Shown piece by piece: positions 1 through 12,000 of a stretch of DNA of 64,000 nucleotides; within the stretch, counting starts at the first letter, position 1; each line of letters opens with the position of its first letter. A model generated the notes under the pieces. It saw only the letters and a list, made by a program, of their open reading frames with translations, was not told where the DNA came from and searched no databases. Source of the DNA: Mytilus edulis (taxonomy: Eukaryota); contig NC_092345.1 in NCBI RefSeq assembly GCF_963676685.1, positions 92,628,001 to 92,692,000 of the forward strand, in the 5' to 3' direction. A program made the translations under genes and the position numbers.

Positions 1-4
1 ACAG

Positions 5-3000
5 GATCAAGTAGGGAAAGTAGTATAAGAAGTGGGGCTAGTACAACACCATCAGATTTAGGAGACTCTAAGCCACCAAGTGTTGTAGGAAGTAAGTTAT
101 GAATGACGGTATTGGGTTTTATATTAGGAATGGTTTATACTAGATATAAGATTACTGATTACTGATATCTTTAATGAGTTGATTTTAAGTAATAGAAAGC
201 TTTATATAGTTTTGGGCTGTAGCACCTTATTACTAACAAACAGTCAAATCAAGTTTATGTTGAGAAGGTTAAAGACAGGCAAATCTGTATTTGAAATATT
301 ATTTCTTAAAATACAACTGTGTGTGTTGTCCTATCCTGCAGTACATAATACTTTTTCAGTCACTGAACAGCTGTCCCATAAAATTGTGTGTTGGAACAGT
401 TTACACAAAAATCATTTCCGTCTATATGATTAGTAAATAATATATGATTCATGAGTTTCTAACATTATTACATGAGAAAACTAAAAACTTACCCTCACAT
501 TTATTAGAATATTGTTTTACTTGAAATAATGTAACCCATCTTAATATATACATAGGTCCATTTTTGGAAAAGATTCTTACAGACAGTATAGCTCTTTTCT
601 TGTGGTGTACTACTTATATCATGTGCCTAGTTCAATGATATTCTTAAATTTTATAAACAATTATACATTATTATTGTTATATGTATGATAGAGGCAAAGG
701 TTAGGTTCTGTAAGTATAGATTGTTTTTATTTTGCATTATTGCCTTAGGTCTAAGTTATTTGGCATCCAGTTTTAGCTTAGGGGTTTTCAGTCTTTTTTA
801 TGCCAGTTGCATTGGGTCTTTTTCCATTACATATGTCTGTTTGAAAATAATTTTCCAATGAATATGATATCAATATTTTCAAATAAAATTACTAACAGCA
901 TGGTTGCATTATTTGAGATAGCTTTTACCCAGAATGCACCTTTCTTGCAGAAGATGACACAGACAACGTCAATGGTGATAAAGGTATATTTATGACCTGC
1001 ATTGCTTGTTTTTGGTGTTTGACATATTCTGCATGTTTATAATCACTGCTTGTGTCTCATGCTGCACATAGGGTCTGGAGAAAAGGAGATAAAAAAATAT
1101 CAGATTATTTCTCAAATCTATTATTGGTAAAAATTTCAGTTTTGATCAGAGAGAATGTTCCAACAGACTATACTTCCAAGTACTTATCTTTGATTTTGAT
1201 GTATTTAGAACTGAACTGTTTCAGGAACATAATATACAAATCTCTTTGTTTTAAAACTGTTCGGGTAACCGTTTGGTAACTGTTTTATTGTATTTCATGA
1301 ATAGCCTCTTTGTAACAGATGCATTTTTAAACTTAATTAATACATTTTGATGGATGTTTTAATTAAATGAACTCCACAGCTATGCATGTCAGACAGGAAA
1401 CTTTCATTTAAACTAAATCAGTAGATAAAATCAACTGTTAATGCTTGATTATTGCAGATTGAATTTTCTTCCATTGGAAAATTAAAGTTGATAATTTTTC
1501 GCTAAAGATAATATAAAACATAGCTCCTCAGTCGAACACTAACCTATTTGCATTCCTAAGGAAATGGGTTAACAGAAAAAAGATTAATTGGCAACATTAT
1601 ATTTATATATTTAGATGATTTAATATGATTTGGAGTGATAATTTTTTTTTTTCTTTATGGATAGAAATATTAATGTTTGTTTCATATATAAAATTTTGAT
1701 ATTCATTTGTTTCCACATTTATTCATACATTCTCTCTGTAATAAAACAGTATTGCCACCACACATTGGTCTTCAATTTATGAAAAGAAATTTAATTGAGT
1801 TTGTTCATTATCAAATTATCTGTTTCATTGTTTCAGTTTAATTATAAACATGGCTCTAACGAGGCCCCTCATGGGGGGGTCCTAGTAATCACATAATCAC
1901 CATTTTTTTGCCAATATAATCACAATAATCATTAAATAATTGCTTATCTTTAGTAATCAAATAATCATAAACTAAAAATACAGTCCTAGGTAATCAAATA
2001 ATCATGAAATATTTGGCTTAATAATCAAATAATCATTAAAAAAACGGCCAAGTAATCACATAATCAAAAACCCCATGAGGGCCCTCTCTAACTAGTACTC
2101 TGTTATTTTAAAATAATATCTTCGTATGATGGTTTGAAAGTTATGCATGCATGTTGTCAATATTGCTTTAAAATTTCTTTTTGCAACTTTCAAAAGTTAA
2201 ATGTACAACTAAAATAACAAGCACAGCTATTATATATAAATTGTACACGATTTAGCAAAAGTTGTAAAGTAGATAGATACCACTTAAATATTGTAAATTA
2301 ACAAACTATTGTGTGCATTTATTGATGCGTTTTTAAAAAAAATGAACAAACATGTGAGTTTGATATTTGTGATTTTAGAAAAAAGCTAAATACAGATTCA
2401 TGTATTAGATATCAGAATGCAAGGTTCTTATAATCAAGTAGTTGCATTATTAGCATTACATGTGATAAAAACCTCTCAATAATTTCTGTATTCGAAGCAA
2501 CATTACACAGCTGATTGTACACTATTCATAAAAAGATGAGAAAGTAGATTTACAACTTAGATAATCAGTGGTTGGTCCAGAAATGTTCATAAGAGGGGGG
2601 CCACTCCAGTCATGCTTCAGTGATCCCCAAATAATTAACCAAATTTTTTCCAAAGAAGAGTTGGGCTTTGGCCCCCTGGAAAACCCTCTAAATCTGCCTC
2701 TGATAATGATAGTTGATTGTACAACATTTAGCCAAAGTTGAGAAAATAGATGTACAAAAATAAGTAACATAACTGATTGTACATCATTCAGCTAAATAGA
2801 CAAAGTAGATGTACAATGTAAATAACATACACAGCTAAATGTATACATTTTCAACATAAGAACTTATAAGATATACACAGCTGATTGTAAACTTCATAAA
2901 GTAGTGAAAAGGGAGACGGATTAATATAAGGGAAACCTTGTTTCCGAATCCTTTTGTAATATGTTATCACTGTATTTATATGTGTATGCCATGTACATGA

Positions 3001-6000
3001 TTTTTTGAAATAAAATATGTTTAAAGTAGTGAAATTGAAAGTAGATGTACAACTTAAATATCATAGAAAACTGATTTTAACAATAAGTTGAGTTTTATAT
3101 GATTGGGCAGTATCTATGTATTCATTGCTAAGCAGAAGCTTATTGTGTAACGCACATATATGCAGATTTATAGAACAGATAATTTTTATTACTTCGTTGA
3201 CTATGTATATCTCGAATAAAAAACCAACAAAAAGTGACAAACTTTTGACAGTAAAAAACATACTAAAACTATCATTTATGGCTTGAAACATATTTTATAG
3301 GTTAAAGGCTTGATAATCTGTTCTACAATTCTTGTAATGAATAGCCAACAAACATGGTTAGCACATATATATAAAAATAAGAAGATGTGGTATGAACGCT
3401 ATGAGACAACTCACCACCAGAGACCAAATGATGTAAAAGTTAACAACTACATGCCACTATGAGCACGGCATGTTTTATTAACTACTGGTATTGTCAGTAT
3501 GAACTAAAATATTTTAAAGTTTTGAATCCTCTTAAATTTGGTTGACTTTTCGATATTTGAAAATAAAAACTATTTTATTTTTGAATAAGAAATAAGTGAA
3601 ACCATAATGATAATGTAAAGTTGATTAAATATGTTTCTTGAACCATATCTACAAGAGGTAAGACCAAACAAAATAATACAAATGTGTATAAAAAGCCATA
3701 ATCTAACCAAAAATTGTGTACTTCCATTTCAGGTATATCAGACATATCCTCCCAGTCATCTCATCATACTATTGTTACACAGAGTATTAAAGATGGCATC
3801 CTTAATGTTGCTAGACAAACATCAGATTTAAAAGTAGATTTAAAACATTTGCGGAGAATTCAGCAGCTTAATAATGAATCAATGACTGATTCTATACAAG
3901 AAACTATCAAAAAGATTTCGGTGAGTAATATTGAAATACTGTGTCCAAACTTGCCCCATCTGTCCAGGGTTTGACCTCTGTGGTTGTATCAGGTTGCACT
4001 CCATAAAGCATTTTATTGAATCTTGATATATGTATCTTCATTTAGAGATAGTTTTCAATGTGAAAATAAAATTAATGCTAATGAATTTTTGAAAAAGCTA
4101 TTGTAGTATGAATACTTCAATGTTTTTATGAATGCTCTTGTTATACTACGTTATACTAAACAAGAGTGTGTTTATTATTTGTAGAAGGTGCTAACAACAG
4201 TTCCTGGAGCTGAACACCAGGTTCTTCGTCAACAACGATCAGATATAGACACACAATGTAAACATTACAAAGATGATGGCAGTAAAGTGCTAAGAGAATT
4301 AGGGTATGTTAGTATGATCAGATATAGACACACAATGTAAACATTACAAAGATGATGGCAGTAAAGTGTTAAGAGAATTAGGGTATGTTAGTATGATCAG
4401 ATATAGACACACAATGTAAACATTACAAAGATGATGGCAGTAAAGTGCTAAGAGAATTAGGGTATGTTAGTATGATCAGATATAGACACACAATGTAAAC
4501 ATTACAAAGATGATGGCAGTAAAGTGTTAAGAGAATTAGGGTATGTTAGTATGATCAGATATAGACACACAATGTAAACATTACAAAGATGATAGCAGTA
4601 AAGTGCTAAGAGAATTGGGGTATGTTAGTATGGTAGTTGTAAGGTGTTGATTAGGGTCATCTATTTGATTTGACAGACATGTGACAGAGTTGTCAAGCCA
4701 CAACTGGAGATTTGTAAATTTTCAGCTGGAGTTTTTGGCCTCATAACTGGAGATTTTTTATCAACATACGCAATGATTTTGTTGTGTGTTTAAACTGCAT
4801 ATCTTCCTTTTTAGCTCAACTGGCCCGAAGGGCCAAGTGATCTTTTCTCATCACTTTGCGTTGGGCGTCGGCATTGTTAACTTTTACAGAAATCTTTTCC
4901 TCTGAAACTACTGGGCCAAATTAAACCAAACTTGGCCACAATCATCATTGGGGTATCTTGTTTAAAAAAATGTGTCCAGTGACCCAGCCAACCAATCAGG
5001 ATGGCAGCCATGGCTAAAAATAGAACATAAGGGTAAAATGTAGATTTTGGCTTATATCTCTGAAACCAAAGCATTTAGAGCAAATCTAACATGGGGAAAA
5101 ATTGTTAATCAGGTCATGATGAAAATGGTCCATTGACCCCTTAAGGAGTTATTGCCCTTTATAGTCAATTTTTAACAGTTTTTGTAAATTTTTGTAATCT
5201 TTTACAAAAATCTTCTCCTCTGAAACAACTAAGACAAAATGTAACCAAATTTGTCCACAATCATCATAAGAGTATCTAGTTTAAAAAATATGTCTGATGA
5301 CCCTGCCCACGAACCAAAATGGCTTACATGGCTAAAAATAGTACATAGGGTAAAATGCAGTTTTTGGTTTATATCTCTGAAGCATTAAGAGCAAATCTGA
5401 CCGGTGGAAAAAATGTTCATCAGATTTAGATATATCTCCCCTGAAATTTTCAGACAAATCCGACAACCAGTTGTTGGGTTGCTGCCCCTAAGTTAGTAAT
5501 TTTATGGAAATTTTGCAGTTTTTTGCTATTATCTTAGATATTATTATAGTATCTAATAATATCTTGTACTATAAATTATGATTTTAACCTTATTTTACAT
5601 GATTTCCAAAGCATCAGTAAATACAGGTGAGCGACACAGGCTCTTTAGAGCCTCTAGTTTGTTAAAAGAACAATAAGGCCATTTTACTTGATAAAAATAG
5701 AAGATAAGGGGTTTTCAGATATTTATTTGTTATGTATAATTCAAGATAAAGTGATCAGCCATCATACATAGTTGGCAAAAAGTACCTGTGATTAAGCTAC
5801 ATTGTCAACTTTGGTACCACTACTGCACATGATTGTAACAGAAGGTGTTAAATTGATAGAGTTGTAGGCTTGCTGGTGGGTAGCTGTCTCCATAAGTTTG
5901 GTCAAGTCATTAGTGCCACTAAAGTCAGCTTTGCATGAATGTGGTAAGCATGGTCCTGACCCTTGGTACAGGATCTGCACCATTTGAAATCAGATATCCA

Positions 6001-9000
6001 GGCAAGAGTTGAATTTGGCTAGATACTTGGACTTCTTTTATTTGCTGCTGGGCTATTTGGTGGTAAAATACAGTTTGCATTTTGTTAAGTTCTAAAATTT
6101 TAGAATTGTCCAAGACAACTATACTTATATAGGTATTGCTAGACAAGCCATAAATTTAATATTTGAGTTGATTTCAATTTATCTTTGAGGTTCAGTAAAT
6201 ATTCCATGTTTTTAGCATCATATTAAATTGTTTTTTATACAACTTGTACAATTTAATCCTTTGTCAGTATTTCACTTTAAATCAACCAGGCTTGTGTCTT
6301 AAACTAGCTAGTTGAGCACCAGGTAATTGCCTATTATCTCTAATTTATTGTTGTATATGCCATGTATGCAGTCTAATCCTAAACACATCACGCAAATTTT
6401 ACCTATTTTACCATTTGACACAAAATCAATGACAGGAAACTTCCGTTTTTCTCTGATTGTTCCCATATCAATTTTGAGTTTCTCTGACTTTCTTTGTCCA
6501 TATCGATTTTGTAAACAAATTTGTCTACTGAAATTTTTTTGAGGTTGACATTTTCAAAAGCAGATTTCAAATTTTAACGGGGGGGACAGAAGAGGGTCTG
6601 AAAAACGGGTCCGGTGGGAGTCAAAATGTGGAAGATTTTAACCCCTGCCGGAAGAATCACATGTATGAATTGATCACGAGTTAAAGAAAAAAAAATATGA
6701 TACACTAACTAAAGTAAATTCCTACTACTGAGATGATATGCTAGTAATTATACCCCACATCATAAATACTACAGTTACTACCCAACCTTTATGATAAAAG
6801 TTAGTTTTTAGTAATTTCTTGGGACAGCTTGCAGCCTATTTAAACAAAGATAAGGAAATCAAATGTAATATACTGTGCATTTCCATATTAAATAACTAGT
6901 TGGATTTGTTAACAACTAAACTAACACTGTTTGTGTGCAGTAATAGAACAGTTGATCTCTAACATTTATTGAAGAGCTACAAAAAAATTTAAAGTTATAA
7001 ACAACAACGTGTTATGAGATAAATGGGGCAGACAAAATTAAGATAATAACCAATACAAAACCAAGTATATTATCCATGTCTATCTACAGTGTTCTACTTA
7101 ATGCATACTGTAAATGAGAAAATACAATAACATCTTATTTTTTGAGATTAATTAAGAGATATGTTATCTTAATTTCAAATTTTCATTTGAAAATTATCTC
7201 ATAAATTAAAACTTTTCCTTGACAGATTTTTCTGTGTGCTGTGTGTACATGGTGTAGGGAAACTTAGAACACTGGCTTGTCTTTGGTGTCAGACTCTGTG
7301 CTGGTTGATTTTGATTAAGTAATGGATATTAAGACAACATCTAAGATGGAAGTTACGTGAAACAAGATGTAAATTAATTAGATAAATTAATAGATTTTTT
7401 TTGCAGAGATTTAGAATCGTCAGTAGAAGAAATGAGAGAGGATGTGATATCTAGGCAATGTCGAGTAAATCTGGCCGATGTCGAAGGAATGGCTCTTGTT
7501 CTTAGTCATGTGACCAAACATCTTGGAGAACTTAGATGTATGTTCTTAGTTACAAACATAAAGCATATAAACATTTTTATTCTACTTAAATAAATATGTT
7601 TGTGTATCACAAAATTTAGGCTTTTTTTGCTAGGTGTGCTCTGTATTTTAAAAGAAACTCTAACTAACTACCGGAACTCTTGAAATGAATGCTTTCAAAA
7701 TGCAAAGTACCTTCTCATAAACTATAGAATTCTACAAGAATTTACACAACAGCATTTTCTTATAACTTATTTACCAATAGATTATTCTCCATAGTAGCTC
7801 AGTTTTAATACTAATTATTGAAATTATTTTCAGGTCGTTTCCCCGGATTACAGGATCATATGAAGAAAGTAATGAGTGGTGAAATGGAAGTAGTCATCAA
7901 AGAAGAAAAGTAGGTTATAAATTGAACATCTTATATTACAATGTTTACAGGTCTGTATTAGGCTAAGAAATAGATAAAAAAAAAAAAAAGCCCTCATAAC
8001 TCTTTCTGTGTAGTAAAAAGATGATGATCAAAATGTTGCTAAGAATAAGAAATTGATGTTTTAAAATCCAAGATAATCTCAAATCCAAAATCTCCATTAT
8101 TAAGATAGGGTAAACAGAAAAGCCTTACCTGTTAACAAACTGACTTGATATTTCAAGTTTAAAGGGGGAATTTACCAAAATAATTATCTTTTTGATTAAA
8201 GATTAAAGAGTGTTGAATTGCTAAGGAAATTGGATAAGCTTGTTCTACAGTTGTTTGCAAAAAAATTGTGTTTGACCCAGGGCTTCCAAAAAATATTTTA
8301 GCCAGCCGGACATTTTTTATATCTGATCCCAATTTTAATCCCTTAAAAGTCACAAAAGGCAATTATGGTAATCAGATGGCCATCCCAATGATTGACATAA
8401 GATAAAAAAAAAAAAACATATTAAGGCTCGAGCGTATAAAAATTTCAGAAAAAAAATAAACATTTGTTTTTCATTTCAAATTTAATTTGTTACCTTTTGT
8501 AGTTGTTACTTATTATATGGTACAAAAATCATTCAAAACAAACAATTCTTGTTGGCCCCAGATGACTTTTAAAATGTATACATCATTGAAAAAGTTCAAA
8601 AATATCTCCCTTTGGTGGGAAAATGCCATTTTTTGGCTTTAAAATTGAAATATCTTTTTTAACTCATCGGTGACCTATATTTTTTAATATAATTTCCACA
8701 TAAGCTGTACTTAAACTAATTATTGTAAAATTTGAGCGATTTCTGTAATAAATTTCTTTCTTTTTTCTTTTCGATATTACCTTTATTTCTCCTATTACTT
8801 CAACAGAAAAAAAACACCTTTATAAAAATGTATGCTTCTTTCGAAGGCAGATTGTGAGCGCAAATGAACAGTGACCCCACTTTTTTATTTTTATTTTTCT
8901 ATTAACTATAAGATAAAGTTCATTTATAGAAAAATATAGAGAAATCCTATATAAATGATTTAGACCCGCGAACCCCCTTAAGCTTTACTTTGATATGAAT

Positions 9001-12000
9001 TTGATGTTCTGACGTAAGTTGTTAAATTGGCAGTGCATCATTCAAAGTGTGCACATCAGCGTGCTTATATCTGCCTTAGACTCTTTAATTGTGCAAAATA
9101 ACATTGTCAGAAGCCTAACTTTAGTTTTTAAAATCACATATTCCTAAAACCGGATGTTGACTTGACAATGGTAAAACATGGACCAGAAACAGATACGTAA
9201 AATCTGTGTACATTTACAAAGAACGACCTAGTGAAGAAGCTCTTTCCACTTTATTTCTTCAACAAAATACGTGAAATGAACGTTAGATACAGGTATCAAC
9301 AATTATTTTTGCATTTTAGAAGAAATGTAGGATGCATAATTAAATTTCCCACCTGCGCACATGGGTACACGTGTTCTAGTTCATTCAACGTAGTTCTGAC
9401 AACTTTTCATTTGAAACCTTTTTAATTTTTTCATTAAATCATGTTTATAAACGTATTTCTTATAATTTTAATCTTTTAGACTTAATCAATTAGATACAAA
9501 CTGCTGAAATGTAAGAAAATAACTCAGTGTGAAAAGACCTATCAATTTATACGATGTCCGGTACTGTCTACTGAAAACAGTTTACCTATCACCTGAACAG
9601 GTAGATTTCAGCTGTCCCATCAACTAATAAGCTTTGATTAAAATTAGAAAGTATTGAAGAAGGGGTTGTTTTGAAAGTAATTAATAATCCTTTCACTTTT
9701 ATGACCGGAAATGTGGTTGTTAAAGGCAAAAGTTGGGTCAAAAAGATCGTGAATTATGTTAAAATGACCATCTCTTAAGAAAGCCTTGAACACTAAAAAG
9801 TAGATGACCGTTTCATGCTTTGCCCAGCTGGACTTTTACCGGAATATGTGACCGTTTTGGAAGCCTTGGTTTGACCTTAAATGTTTTTGTTTATTCGCTT
9901 TAAAAGGGCAATAAATCATGACGTATAACTATGTTGATATTAAGGGAGATAACTCTAACCATAAATGCTGAAATTTTGCTTGAAAAAAATTGTACTAGTT
10001 AAAACCTGATATGATTTTCTCAATATAGGTCATAACCTGTATTTTCACTTTCAGTGGTTGACATGTTTGCACAAATACTAGTATATAGCAACTTATAGAA
10101 TTTTTGTGGCCCACTAACTTAGTTACCATTGTTCATCAATCTGTCATTCTGTCATTCCACAACAAACAGTTACGAAGACTTTTTCTAAACGCCTTTGCAG
10201 ATTGAGCTGAATTTTGTTGACTGCTATTTTTGCCGAAATTATGGGCTTTGGACTCTGAAAATATCCTCTCCAATTTTAGTATGTTTTGAAAATGATATTC
10301 TATTGGTATGTTTTAGATTTTTGAAAGATGAACCTGATAGAATTGAAGAAGCTTTAAAGAGATGTAAAAGGTTAACTGGCACACTTTTTACATTGAAAAG
10401 GTAACATCTTTATTTGGATCTGACATGAGAAGAGTTGGTTGTAATAATGGTTTATCTGAAAATAATTTCAAGAGTTTTTGATAGTGTGTAGATTGAAATG
10501 TTTTATTCAGATACCTCTGTTTAAACACCCTTATTGCCAAGAATTGAACCATAATGGGACACCTTCATTTTATCCCAAAAGATTTCAATATACCTGAAAA
10601 TTTGAAATCAAAAAGTGGAAAAGTATGTATGTATGCAGAAAACTTATATCTTTAATGAAGTTATACCTCTGACTTATTCAAACAGCAGTATTGCAAGTAA
10701 GTTTGTTATTTTGCCATAAGAGGAAGAGAAATTCCTGTTGTGACAGTTCTTTATTCTAAATATTATCAGTAGATCAGTTTTAATTTCAGACAGGCTGTAA
10801 ATTAATGAGGAACTTAGTAACACGCTGTCTTCAGACTATACAGTTTACAAACAAAAAATTGTATTGCTTAAAGTTTGCCATAGATAATATCTGACTTTTC
10901 TTTATACTCCTCAGATAAAAAGTAAAACCCTTGTTTCAAAGTAAAAGCGTTTTTCTTTATTTTCTTTTAGCATTTTTTTTTTTTTTACTGAAGGCAAACA
11001 TAAAATGTTTCACAACATCCATTTCAGGTTGGCATCAGCTCAGGAACAACGTCCTTTACATGTGCCAAGTGGTGACAGGGTAGGAGGAAGGATAGCTACA
11101 CATGTAGATAGAAAGGAATTGTTAGACAATATACAGGCTGTTGTTCCTGATCATCAATCAAGACTTCAAAGTATAAAGGTAACAGGAAATATTTTACTTC
11201 CCCACACAGGGAGATTGTATGTAATTAAAAAAAATGGATTAAAAAGTTCTGTAGTGCAAACATTTTCTTATTAATAATTGTATTCAATTTTCATATCAAT
11301 CCTGGAAATAAAATGTTCTAGATTTTGTACAAAATTTTCTAATATTTTTCCTTTCGGGATATTGATCCATCAGATTTGAGAATATATAATTTGGATACCC
11401 AACAATTAAAAAAAAAAGTAAAAAAAAAAAAATAGTATCATAGGGATTCATAGCCATTGATATGAATCAGACTTGAAAACTGTCAATCAGTTTCCCAGCA
11501 TGCTTGATTTTAGAGATATATATGTTTTTGTTTAGAATATATTCTCTGTACATTATTCAAAGTAACTACTCTAGAGGTTTGAGGTCCATCAGCCGTTAGT
11601 GATTGTAGGCATTATTGTCAGTTCTGTTTGTCTTCTACTCTTGTTGGTTTGATGCAATGGGTAACTGAAAATAGCTCATTTCGTTCTGTTCTGAGATAAC
11701 AGAATAAAAAATATTGCTTTCCATTGATGAATGTTTGATGATTTTTCAGAATCAAGCTGTGAGTATCCTACATGAAATCCTGTCGCTATCTATATATTAT
11801 TAAGCTTATGAACTTCTCAGGGGTTGATGCAAAATGAACACTAAATTTGCTTGTTTATCCAATACTAACAATAGCTCTGTACTCTGGAGATTATTAGCTT
11901 GGCATGAAAGTATAGGACAAAATATCAGTGGAACAAAATTACTAATGGAAGATAGTTCACAACTTCAGGAGATGAAAAAAATAGAATTTAAAAGATGTTT

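Noticed and set aside
2500-3070. Degenerate repeats (ACACAGCTGATTGTAC...AAAGTAGATGTACAAC)
   Set aside because: Old, decayed intronic minisatellite with no coding or structural signal.
4237-4631. CRISPR-like regular array
   Set aside because: Units are near-identical with no unique spacers, the context is eukaryotic, and there are no cas genes. It is an exon-end tandem duplication.
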